Part shown: one piece after another, positions 8,308 to 16,755 of the stretch
Position numbering within the stretch: the stretch's first letter is position 1
How the letters are laid out: the number at the start of each line of letters is the position of its first letter
Assembly: GCA_043816345.1 (NCBI GenBank)
Contig: JBDRIA010000064.1
Coordinates: forward strand, 9,759 to 73,758
DNA length: 64,000 nt
Direction: 5' to 3'
Source: Chloroflexota bacterium
GTDB lineage: Bacteria > Chloroflexota > Dehalococcoidia > Lucifugimonadales > UBA2985
The notes under the pieces: generated by a model
What the model was told of the DNA's origin: nothing
The model's database searches: none
Seen by the model: the letters and a program-made list of their open reading frames with translations, nothing else
Program-made: the position numbers and the translations under genes

Positions 8308-9006
8308 ATGAACTATGCCGATTTGGTGGTCATCTTCGAGAAGTGGAGAACACAGCACGAACTTAATACTTACCGTTACACCTCAGCCATACTAGCAGAA
8401 GCCAAAGAGGTTCACCACGCCGACTGGTTAAAGCACCCCACTGCTAGTGGTGACCATGAACAGTCTTGGAGGGCATTTAAGGGGAAGAACCTTGAGAAGC
8501 TAATCACCCATATAATCCAGAGGGAGGTCAGGGAATTAGGGCTCGAAATCATACAAGGAAACACTTTAGAGCGTTCTCAGCCGAACAACTTATCTGATGT
8601 ATTGAACCAAGTTAGGCGTAATCTCCTGGTCAGGTTCGGTGCACAAGGAGAATTCGGCTTTCATCTGCCTGACATTGACATTGTTATCTACAATCCCAGT
8701 ACCAGTCAGGTAGTAGCAGTAGTCTCCAGTAAGGTAACGCTGCGAGAGCGGATAGCCCAGACGGGATACTGGAAGATCAAGTTGTCTCAAGACAAGACTA
8801 CAAAGGACATAAAAGTGTTCTTCATCAGCCCTGACGAGGATGGGACACTGACAAAACGATCCCCGATGAAAAAGGGAAGGGCGATTGTGGAGACAGATAT
8901 CGACGGTGCCTACGTGATGACAGAGGAGACCATTGAAGCGAGCGACAAGGTCAAAAGTCTTGACCAGTTCATTTCCGACCTTAGGAAGCTCATTAACACT
9001 GCATAG
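8308..9006 (+). CDS. Putative type II restriction endonuclease (PD-(D/E)XK-like core)
   Basis: Lies 18 nt downstream of the methyltransferase in the same low-GC block. The candidate catalytic core LPDIDIVIY...VVAVVSSKVTLRERIAQ has the pattern PD...(S/E)xK followed by T.RER, seen in several type II REase families. I cannot name the exact family. Confidence 0.5.
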   Translation: MNYADLVVIFEKWRTQHELNTYRYTSAILAEAKEVHHADWLKHPTASGDHEQSWRAFKGKNLEKLITHIIQREVRELGLEIIQGNTLERSQPNNLSDVLNQVRRNLLVRFGAQGEFGFHLPDIDIVIYNPSTSQVVAVVSSKVTLRERIAQTGYWKIKLSQDKTTKDIKVFFISPDEDGTLTKRSPMKKGRAIVETDIDGAYVMTEETIEASDKVKSLDQFISDLRKLINTA

Positions 9007-9046
9007 TCAGAATGTTCATGGCATCACAATTAACCTCTTATCCCCA

Positions 9047-9187
9047 TCATTCAAGTACTTTTATGACCAGCTCGCCGGGTTCAATCCTCGCTTGATATAC
9101 GAATTCGTTGGCCTTCACGAGTTTGGCTTTCTTCAAGAAGGTTTGAAGATCCTCTATTGATAGTCTTAGCTCCCTTTCATTATCCAT
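9047..9187 (-). CDS. Small hypothetical protein (46 aa, MDNERELRLSIEDLQTFLKKAKL...)
   Basis: Internal Met of ORF 9047..9283, preceded by ggagggtgag. A TTGACA/ATAATC-like promoter pair lies on the minus strand at 9284..9311. No recognisable family. Confidence 0.3.
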   Translation of the reverse strand: MDNERELRLSIEDLQTFLKKAKLVKANEFVYQARIEPGELVIKVLE

Positions 9188-9455
9188 TATCTCACCCTCC
9201 TGCTTGTTTATCTGAGGTGGATCCCAAAAACCGGACCGGTGGTTAAGATCGGGTGTTGCTCCTAGACCATCTGTTCGCACCAAGATTATCCGTTTCCGTG
9301 TAAAATGTCAAGAGTTTCTTAGGGAATTTTAGGGGCAGCTTCGTGGAGAGCACAAGTCGCACGCCGGTGGGTTTTCGCTGCAATTGACAGTGGGATGGGC
9401 TGACCATAGAATGGGCGTATTCGGGGGAGGAGGGATATTCCGCTTATGGTTCGAT

Positions 9456-9661
9456 CCTTCGGCTAGCTCAGGGTAAACTAGGCTCAGAGCTTGTGAAGAA
9501 ATCCCGGACTCGGCATACGGGGGGGCCCCACCCCAGATTGCCACGGGCGAGGACGCCCTCGCAATGACAATTTCATCACAGGCTCAGGGTGAGCGGAACT
9601 TAAAGCTGGTGGGGGCTGGAATTCGGCGGAGCAGCACCCTTCGGCAGACTCAGGGCAGGCT
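9456..9661. repeat. Cluster of short GC-rich dispersed repeats (families A and D)
   Basis: Family A core CCTTCGGCNNNCTCAGGG at 9456..9484 and 9638..9661. Family D hairpin ATTGC-cacGGGCGaggaCGCCCtc-GCAATGACAATT at 9537..9570. Confidence 0.8.
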
Positions 9662-9685
9662 GTGGGACGGTAAGGAGATTGCATC

Positions 9686-9925
9686 GTGGTGACTAAGGCT
9701 TATGTGCTAATAGAGACGGCGGTGGGCAAGACCAAGGATGTGCTCAGAACCCTCAGGCAGGTGAAGGGGGTCAGGGAGGCCGACGCGGTGACGGGGGAGT
9801 ACGACATTGTGGCTGTTGTGGAGGCGGATAATCTGAACAGCATTGGTGAACTGGTGACTGGGAATATCCACACCATCGGAGGGATACAGCGCACGGCGAC
9901 CTATCTCGCGGTGAGCGTGGACTAA
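9686..9925 (+). CDS. Stand-alone Lrp/AsnC ligand-binding (RAM) domain protein
   Basis: 79-aa product KAYVLIETAVGKTKDVLRTLRQVKGVREADAVTGEYDIVAVVEADNLNSIGELV, typical of AsnC_trans_reg-only proteins. GTG start. Confidence 0.8.
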   Translation: MVTKAYVLIETAVGKTKDVLRTLRQVKGVREADAVTGEYDIVAVVEADNLNSIGELVTGNIHTIGGIQRTATYLAVSVD

Positions 9926-9977
9926 GGGCTGCGACCCCCACCAGGTATGGTGAGGCGCGGGGTGAGATGGGCAAGGG

Positions 9978-10328
9978 GTGCGTATGGCTGAGGAGTGCAT
10001 CTTCTGCAGAATCGGACGGGGGGAGATCCCCAGCGATATTCTGTATCGTGACGATAGGGCATTTGTTATCCGGGACATAAACCCCAGGGCACCAACCCAT
10101 CTTCTGGTACTACCCGCTGAGCATGTGACGTACCTTGCCTCCTTTACCCAGGACCGAGAACCTCTCCTGGGACATCTTATGATGGTGGCAAGGGAGATGG
10201 CCCAGCGCGAGGGGCTGACGGAGGGGGGGTACCGGTTGGTGATTAACCAGGGGTTGGACGCGGGGCAGGAGGTGCCCCATCTGCACCTGCATATCCTGGG
10301 AGGTCGTCGTCTGGGGGCCATGGGGTGA
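9978..10328 (+). CDS. HIT (histidine triad) family nucleotide hydrolase
   Basis: CIFCRI...HLLVLP...QEVPHLHLHILGG histidine-triad motif. Confidence 0.9.
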   Translation: MRMAEECIFCRIGRGEIPSDILYRDDRAFVIRDINPRAPTHLLVLPAEHVTYLASFTQDREPLLGHLMMVAREMAQREGLTEGGYRLVINQGLDAGQEVPHLHLHILGGRRLGAMG

Positions 10329-10329
10329 T

Positions 10330-10530
10330 CCTTCGACAGGTCCGACTTCGTCGAGACTCTCGACCCCGATTCCATCGGGGTCGGAGCTCAGGACAGGGGA
10401 CCGAAGAGGCCGCCCCACCAGGTTGCCACGCTCGGGGACTCGCTCGCAACGACAATTGATACACAGGTTTTCAGGATGACCCTTCGACAGGCTCAGGATG
10501 GTGGTTCGACAAGCTCACCATGAGCGGGGG
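10330..10530. repeat. Cluster of short GC-rich dispersed repeats (families A, B, C and D)
   Basis: Family A CCTTCGACAGG at 10330, starting 2 nt after the HIT stop codon. Family C hairpin GACCCCGAttccaTCGGGGTC at about 10362..10382. Family D GTTGC...GCAACGACAATT at 10422..10457. A+B tandem ccttcgacaggctcaggatggtGGTTCGACAAGCTCACCATGAGCGG at 10483..10527. Confidence 0.8.
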
Positions 10531-10562
10531 AGTTACAGTCAAGGGGATGGGCCTTGGCAATT

Positions 10563-10874
10563 GATGAGGCAACGCTAGGGGACGATGGGATTCATATCCT
10601 GTGGGATGACGGACATGCTAGCTTTTATCCCCACAGGTAGCTGAGAGGCCATTGCTGCTGTGCCGCGTGCGTGGAGGAGTTGACGGGTCGGCGGAGGGTG
10701 GCGGAGGAGGATGTGAGGGAGGATGTCCGGGCGCTGGACTGGATTCAGGTAGGTCGGTACGCGGTGCGGTTCCTGTGGAGCGATAGCCACGATTCCGGCA
10801 TTTACCCCTTTGATTTGCTGCGGAAGCTGTGCCGCTGCCCCCGGTGTTTTGCCAGGGAAGCCGACACGGGATAG
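10563..10874 (+). pseudogene. DUF971-family protein interrupted by an in-frame TAG
   Basis: Reading from ATG 10563 gives MEATLGDDGIHILWDDGHASFYPHR*LRGHCCCAACVEELTGRR..., continuing into ORF 10671..10874 (VRFLWSDSHDSGIYPFDLLR). The TAG at 10638..10640 occupies the position where the family has an aromatic residue in the W/YLR..C.C..C motif. Confidence 0.7.
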
Positions 10875-11016
10875 GTTACCCCCACAGATAGTAATGGGTA
10901 GCCGTTGTCCTTGACACTGCTCCCTATCTGGCATTAACATAAAATGATGCCCCCAATGCCAGGGGCACGAGAATTTCCGGGCTGATTAGCCTGGACAGAA
11001 AGGGAGGTGAAGGACA

Positions 11017-12543
11017 GTGGATGCGTTGATAATTGTCCTCGCCGTCCTGGGCGGCCTAGGGGTAGGGGGAGCAACGGGGTTCTTTTTCAGAGCTAGCGTC
11101 TTTGGTAGAAGGGTGAAGCATGCCGAGGAGGAGGTTTCTCGCATGCTGGAGGAGGCGGAGGAACAGCGGAAGGCGACCCTCTTGGAGGCCAAGGAGGAGG
11201 CCCTAAATATCCGCACCTCGGCGGAGGCGGACCTGAGGGAACGGCGCTCAGAGCTGCAACGTCAGGAGAGGAGGTTGGCTAACCGAGAGGAGAATTTGGA
11301 GCGGCGCTCGGATAACCTGGATAAAAGGGAAAAGAGCCAGGCTACCCGGGAGAGGGAGTTGGAACAAGGGCACGCTCAACTGGAGGCGATGAAGCACCAG
11401 GAGACAGAGATCCTTGAGAATCTCTCGTCTCTATCTGTCAGCGATGCCAGAGAGCTTCTCCTGAGGAAGGCCGAGGAGGAGATCCAGTACGAGGTGGCCC
11501 GCCGCTATCGGGATATTGAGCAGCTTGCTAGAGTTGAGGCCGACCAGAAAGCCCGCAAGGTGCTGACTCTAGCCATTCATCGTCTGGCTTCCGATGTGGT
11601 CTCTGAGAACACCGTTAAAGCAATCCCCCTTCCCAATGACGACATGAAAGGTCGTCTTATAGGGCGCGAGGGACGGAATATTCGCGCTATAGAGAGTGCA
11701 ACAGGGGTAGATCTGATCATAGACGATACCCCTGAGGCCGTTACCATTTCCTGCTTTGATCCCGTCCGGCGGGAAGTGGCACGACAGGCCATAACCAAGC
11801 TCATTGCGGATGGCAGGATCCATCCGGCCCGGATAGAGGAGGTGGTGGAGAAGGCGCGCCAGGAGGTGGAGGAGGATATTCGTGAGGAGGGAGAGAAGGC
11901 CGTCTTCGATGCAAAGATACGGGGCCTGAACCCGGATCTGGTCAAGCTACTTGGCCGGCTGAAGTACCGCTACAGCTACGGAGAGAATATTCTTCAGCAC
12001 AGTGTGCAGGTCTCCGTATTGTCAGGCATGATCGCCGCGGAGATTGGCGCTAACGTAGAGGTGGCAAAAGTGGCAGGGCTCCTGCACGACATCGGGAAGG
12101 CCATGAGCCACGAAACAGAGGGTCCCCACGCGGAGATCGGTGCCGAGGTGGCCCATAAGTATGGAATACCAGCCGAGATAGAGCAGGCCATAAGTGAGCA
12201 TCACGACGAGGAACGGGGGTCCGTAGAGGCTTTCATAGTCGCTGCGGCGGATGCCATAAGCGCGGCCCGCCCCGGATCTCGCAGAGATACCCTGGAGCAT
12301 TACGCCAAGAGACTGGAGGCCCTGGAGGAGGTGGCACTCAGTTTCCCAGGGGTGGAGAAGTGCTACGCTATCCAAGCGGGCCGAGAGGTGCGTATTCTGG
12401 TCAAATCCGCTGAGGTCGATGACGTGACGGCCTCCAAGCTGGCCCGGGATGTGGTGAAAAAGATCGAGGATACCCTGGTATACCCGGGCCTGATAAAGGT
12501 CACGGTGATCCGTGAGACTCGTTCGGTGGAATACGCTCGCTAG
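11017..12543 (+). CDS. rny: Ribonuclease Y
   Basis: N-terminal TM helix, long coiled coil, KH domain ([15 protein letters not shown]) and HD domain (LLHDIGKA). Confidence 0.95.
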   Translation: MDALIIVLAVLGGLGVGGATGFFFRASVFGRRVKHAEEEVSRMLEEAEEQRKATLLEAKEEALNIRTSAEADLRERRSELQRQERRLANREENLERRSDNLDKREKSQATRERELEQGHAQLEAMKHQETEILENLSSLSVSDARELLLRKAEEEIQYEVARRYRDIEQLARVEADQKARKVLTLAIHRLASDVVSENTVKAIPLPNDDMKGRLIGREGRNIRAIESATGVDLIIDDTPEAVTISCFDPVRREVARQAITKLIADGRIHPARIEEVVEKARQEVEEDIREEGEKAVFDAKIRGLNPDLVKLLGRLKYRYSYGENILQHSVQVSVLSGMIAAEIGANVEVAKVAGLLHDIGKAMSHETEGPHAEIGAEVAHKYGIPAEIEQAISEHHDEERGSVEAFIVAAADAISAARPGSRRDTLEHYAKRLEALEEVALSFPGVEKCYAIQAGREVRILVKSAEVDDVTASKLARDVVKKIEDTLVYPGLIKVTVIRETRSVEYAR

Positions 12544-12647
12544 GAGATTGCTGAAAGCTGGTTTTTCCGTGATGGCTCCCATTCCCACGGTGGATGCGTC
12601 AGGGCTGATGGACCGGCGCTGGTACGTTTTGCGGCGGCCTACTCAGT

Positions 12648-13439
12648 GTGGGTCATGTGGGAGAGAGTGATTTGCGGGTCCTGATGATTGGTGATGTGAT
12701 TGGTAGACCTGGAAGAAGGGCCGTCCAGGCCCTTCTTCCAGGTCTACGTAGGGAGTACGGCATCGACCTGGTGGTGGTCAACGGAGAGAACGCCGCGGGG
12801 GGATTCGGCCTTACGATAGAGGCTGCTCAGGAGTTGTTTGGCTACGGGGTAGACGTTATCACTTCAGGGAACCATATATGGGACCAGAAGGAGATAGTTC
12901 CCTACCTGGATGGGGAGATGCCAATACTGCGGCCCCTGAACTATCCCCCCACAGTGCCCGGGAGGGGATGCGTCAGTGTAAATGGCGCCCTGGTGGTCAG
13001 CCTGATAGGCCGGGTGTTTGTGGGTAACTACGACTGCCCCTTTCGGGCCATGGATGCACTGATAGAGAAACTGGGGGAGAGCCACCGGGTGATTCTGGTG
13101 GACTTTCATGCCGAGGCCACTTCGGAGAAGGTGGCTATGGGTTGGTATCTGGACGGCAGGGTTAGCGCCGTGGTCGGGACCCATACTCACGTGGGAACGG
13201 TGGACACGGGTCTCCTCCTCCAGGGGACGGCCTATGTAACCGATGTGGGAATGGTGGGCCCATCGCACTCCGTGATTGGCAGTACCATTGAGGATGTTCT
13301 GGAGCGTTTCCTTAGCCAGACTCCCCGTAGACTCATGGTAGCCAGAGGGCCGGTGAAGTTCAATTCGGTAATGGTGGACATAGACGAGAATACGGGAAGG
13401 GCCACCCAGATTGCCCGGGTGGATAGGGAGGTGAGATAG
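12648..13439 (+). CDS. YmdB-like metallophosphoesterase (2',3'-cyclic-nucleotide phosphodiesterase family)
   Basis: Motifs GDVIGRPGR, NGENAAGG, GNHIWD, DFHAEATSEK and GTHTHV. Directly follows rny, as in Firmicutes. Confidence 0.9.
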   Translation: MGHVGESDLRVLMIGDVIGRPGRRAVQALLPGLRREYGIDLVVVNGENAAGGFGLTIEAAQELFGYGVDVITSGNHIWDQKEIVPYLDGEMPILRPLNYPPTVPGRGCVSVNGALVVSLIGRVFVGNYDCPFRAMDALIEKLGESHRVILVDFHAEATSEKVAMGWYLDGRVSAVVGTHTHVGTVDTGLLLQGTAYVTDVGMVGPSHSVIGSTIEDVLERFLSQTPRRLMVARGPVKFNSVMVDIDENTGRATQIARVDREVR

Positions 13440-13441
13440 CC

Positions 13442-14287
13442 ATGGTTCAGGTAGACCTTCACTTGCATACGACCTGCTCGGATGGTCGCTTGACCCCGAC
13501 GCAGCTGGTGGAGCTGGTGGCTGAAAGGGGACTCCGGGTGGTGGCCGTAACTGACCACGACTCCACGGAAGGACTTGAGGAGGCGCTGGAGGCGGCAAAG
13601 CGCTTTCCCCATCTGTCGGTCATTCCGGGCGTCGAGCTGAGCACCGATATACCCGGCAATGAGATCCACGTCCTGGGTTACTTCATTCGTTACTCCGACG
13701 CGGGCCTCCAGCAGGCCCTGGGGGAGTTCCGCGATGGCAGGGTGGACCGGGCACGAGAGATGGTGAGCAAACTGGCGGCCCTGGGTGTGCCCGTTGAGTG
13801 GGAGAGGGTGCTGGAGCTGGCCAATGAGGGCTCTGTGGGACGTCCTCACATAGCCCAGGCTATGGTAGAGAAGGGGTACATAAGCTACCCCCAGGAAGCT
13901 TTCGCACAGTACATAGGGCGCAACGGCCTCGCCTACGCGGAACGACGCAAGGTGACTCCCGTGGAGGCGGTTAGTCTGATTAGGGAGGTGGGGGGCCTGC
14001 CAGTCCTGGCTCACCCGCGGGAGGTGGATGACGTGGAGTCCCTGCTGCCGGAGCTCAAGACAGCAGGGCTGGTGGGGATGGAGGTGTACTACGGAACATA
14101 CACGCCATCTGAGGTGGAGGCTCTGGCGACATTGGCTGCCAGGGAGGGGCTGATCCCCTGCGGTGGCAGCGACTATCACGCCCTGGGCACGCCTGGAGAA
14201 GCAGAGCCAGGGACCGTGGGCCCGCCTCTGGAGATCGCCCAAAAGCTCTACGACTTGGCAGGAGAGAAGGCTAATCTGAGCCTGTGA
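13442..14287 (+). CDS. PHP-domain phosphoesterase
   Basis: VDLHLHTTCSDG, VTDHDS, LAHP and GGSDYH metal-ligand motifs of the PHP family. Confidence 0.85.
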   Translation: MVQVDLHLHTTCSDGRLTPTQLVELVAERGLRVVAVTDHDSTEGLEEALEAAKRFPHLSVIPGVELSTDIPGNEIHVLGYFIRYSDAGLQQALGEFRDGRVDRAREMVSKLAALGVPVEWERVLELANEGSVGRPHIAQAMVEKGYISYPQEAFAQYIGRNGLAYAERRKVTPVEAVSLIREVGGLPVLAHPREVDDVESLLPELKTAGLVGMEVYYGTYTPSEVEALATLAAREGLIPCGGSDYHALGTPGEAEPGTVGPPLEIAQKLYDLAGEKANLSL

Positions 14288-14391
14288 CGGCTGGGTGGAC
14301 GCCCCCCTTGTATATCGCTTGACACCAGGTACCCTTTAGCCATTGGCTCTTTGATGAACACTTGTTGCGCTCCAGTGGGGGAAGGCTGTCC

Positions 14392-15066
14392 ATGAAGGAA
14401 GCAGGGGTGGTTCTGCTGGCCTATCTCGTAGGCTCTATACCTTTGGCCTACGTTCTTGGACGGACCATCAAGAAGATAGACGTTCGTCGCTATGGCAGCG
14501 GCAATGTGGGGGCGTCCAATATATGGGTCCACGTGGGAAAGTGGATCGTTATCCCCCTGGGGGCCTTCGACGTGTTTGTTAAGGGAGCTTTCCCCGTGTA
14601 TTTGGCCCAGCAACTGGATGTAAACCCGTGGATAGCCGTGATCGCAGGGGTGGCCACGGTGGCAGGTCACAACTGGTCCCTGTACCTGAAGTTCACCGGG
14701 GGAAGGGGGATAACGGTAGTGCTGGGCGTCCTGCTGGTGCTGGCATGGAAGGAACTGGCGGCCGGTTTGTTGGTGACTCTGGTGGGGTGGATCATCTTTC
14801 GTAGCAGCGCTCTGTGGGTGGGAATCGCCATTGTGCTGATCCCGGCGTGGAGTTTAGCATTTGGAGATCCCCTTTCGGTCACAGCGTTGTGCACTGCCCT
14901 GGCTACCATAGTGGCGGCCAAGCGGGTGCTGTCCAACCACGGCATGACGGAGCAAGGGAGTCCGTGGCGCAAGGTATTCATGCACCGCCTTCTCTACGAT
15001 AGGGATATTGCCAGCAGGGACGAGTGGGTCTACCGGACTCCCCCTGAGACGCAAGAAGATGGCTGA
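14392..15066 (+). CDS. plsY: Glycerol-3-phosphate acyltransferase PlsY
   Basis: ORF 14362..15066. AYLVGSIP...GSGNVGASN signature and a multi-TM product. Start tentatively placed at MKEAGVV. Confidence 0.88.
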   Translation: MKEAGVVLLAYLVGSIPLAYVLGRTIKKIDVRRYGSGNVGASNIWVHVGKWIVIPLGAFDVFVKGAFPVYLAQQLDVNPWIAVIAGVATVAGHNWSLYLKFTGGRGITVVLGVLLVLAWKELAAGLLVTLVGWIIFRSSALWVGIAIVLIPAWSLAFGDPLSVTALCTALATIVAAKRVLSNHGMTEQGSPWRKVFMHRLLYDRDIASRDEWVYRTPPETQEDG

Positions 15067-15565
15067 GACGGAGCCCCGCTACTGCGCTCGCCACCCACGG
15101 GTAGAAAGTCGCCTCGCGTGCAGCAAGTGCGAGACTCTCATTTGCCCTCGATGCCTGGTGCAGACCCCTGTGGGTGCGCGATGCCCCGACTGCGCCCAGC
15201 TACGGAGAGTACCCACCTTCGAGCTTGACACCATGACCTTTGTAAAGGCTGTGGGTACAGGAGCAGTCCTGGCAGGGGTAACCGGGTTTCTGTGGGGACT
15301 ACTGTTCTTCGATCTGTTTCGCTTACCCTTCCTGCCCTGGATAGCCACCATTGGAATCGGCTACCTCGTTGGAGAGGGGATAAGCGTTTCGGTGAATCGT
15401 AAGCGAGGACGGTACCTGCAGTACATTGCCGGGGCCAGTATGGTGCTGAGCTATGCGGTGGCGGGTCTGGTGAGTCCGCTGGTCTTCGTGTTCACCTTTC
15501 CCGACATCTTCTTTCTGGTGATACTGGTGATAGGGGTGTTTGTGGCTGCCGGCCGTGTTGGTTGA
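15059..15565 (+). CDS. Zinc-ribbon (B-box-like) membrane protein, function unknown
   Basis: Internal Met of ORF 15008..15565, overlapping the plsY stop. YCARHP...CSKCETLICPRCLV...CPDC is followed by about 4 predicted TM helices. Confidence 0.6.
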   Translation: MAETEPRYCARHPRVESRLACSKCETLICPRCLVQTPVGARCPDCAQLRRVPTFELDTMTFVKAVGTGAVLAGVTGFLWGLLFFDLFRLPFLPWIATIGIGYLVGEGISVSVNRKRGRYLQYIAGASMVLSYAVAGLVSPLVFVFTFPDIFFLVILVIGVFVAAGRVG

Positions 15566-15643
15566 GGGGTGTGGGCATCTCCTTTTCACTGGAGTTGGCC
15601 CTGGTTGCGTTGCCCTGGGGCCTCTGGTATATTGGGTTTCTGT

Positions 15644-15719
15644 GGGGCTGTAGCTCAGCTGGGAGAGTGCCTCAATGGCATTGAGGAAGTCGAGGGTTCG
15701 AGTCCCTCCAGCTCCACCA
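15644..15719 (+). tRNA. tRNA-Ala (anticodon GGC), CCA encoded
   Basis: Folds by hand into a 76-nt cloverleaf. Acceptor GGGGCTG/CAGCTCC carries the G3:U70 Ala identity pair. Anticodon arm cctca-atGGCat-tgagg. T arm gaggg-ttcgagt-ccctc. 3' ACCA. Confidence 0.93.
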
Positions 15720-15912
15720 AGGCATCCTTGTCTACGCTCCAAATCACGGGAGTCTCTCGAAACTCAAGAATCAAACGTGTGAGAGTGTAACTTTGGGGCC
15801 ACTGTTGATTTGTCCTTGAGGAAGAGTTGGAAAAGGGGGATGGCAGGTCTTGCTAGCCCAGGGTATGTAACCCCACAACTACGCCCAGAGTTTTTGTCAT
15901 AGGAGGGAAAAT

Positions 15913-16257
15913 ATGGTCAAGGTAATAAAGACCGAGGAGCTGGAGGAGTACTCTCCTGCCAGGCACTACGATATATTCAACAGGCAGATGGTCGGCAGAC
16001 CGATGGGTGCGGAGAAGATGAGCGTGGCCTTGGGACGCATTGTGCCCGGGGGGTGGGCAGAAATACATACCCACGAGAACTCCGAGCACTGCCACTACAT
16101 GCTCAAGGGAGAGGTTGTCATCACTATGCCCAATGACAGCATCAGGGTGACTGCTGGGCAGGCTGTGTGGACTGCGGTTCGGGAACCACATGGTATGCGC
16201 AACGAGAGCAATGAGGAGGCCCTGTACTTGGTAATCAGCGCCCCACTTTCCATCTAG
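15913..16257 (+). CDS. Cupin-domain protein
   Basis: 114 aa with a cupin barrel metal motif (GGWAEIHTHENSEH...H). Confidence 0.8.
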   Translation: MVKVIKTEELEEYSPARHYDIFNRQMVGRPMGAEKMSVALGRIVPGGWAEIHTHENSEHCHYMLKGEVVITMPNDSIRVTAGQAVWTAVREPHGMRNESNEEALYLVISAPLSI

Positions 16258-16572
16258 CCTTCTCTTTGGACGGGACGGATTGCCGTCCGAGCTCGCTCCT
16301 GGGGTGCCTTCTAGTCGGGGAGCGGCGTGGTGCGGGAGCAAGCCTGGTCGCTCTGCGCCCTACAGGGAGTCCCGATCGATTCCGTGCGTCTTCGCCATGC
16401 CTCACGGGTCTTCCTGTGCCGTCCTTTGGTGGCCGACAGCGAGCTTGCGAAACCCGCGCATCTACCTTGGCTGGAATGGCTGGAATCTATTGTGTTTTCG
16501 GGGCAGGGGTGGTATTTTAGTGGGCAAGAGAAGCCGCTGCCAAGGAGCTGTTGCACGGCGCCGGATCTCACC

Positions 16573-16609
16573 GCCACAAGAGGTCTGGTCCCTCTTGTGG
16601 CAGCGTTTT
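16573..16609 (+). terminator. Terminator/attenuator-like hairpin inside the long leader of the nuoEF-fdhA operon
   Basis: Perfect 11-bp stem GCCACAAGAGG / CCTCTTGTGGC with a 7-nt loop, followed by agcgTTTTg. Lies about 150 nt upstream of the start at 16756. Confidence 0.4.
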
Positions 16610-16755
16610 GCACCGGGCACAGGTCCAGGGCGGGTACTTGGAGCCGGATACTCTTAGAAGGTTGGCAATCTGATTGAGAGCACGCGCGGCAGACCCGTGC
16701 TAGCGGGTGGTTTTCTGCTGTTTGGCATGGCCGAATAAAGGGGAGGAGCACCGCA

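Noticed and set aside
9330-10560. CRISPR array considered because of the many short repeats
   Set aside because: The repeats belong to several different families, are irregularly spaced and oriented, and are often palindromic. There is no constant repeat-spacer periodicity and there are no cas genes.
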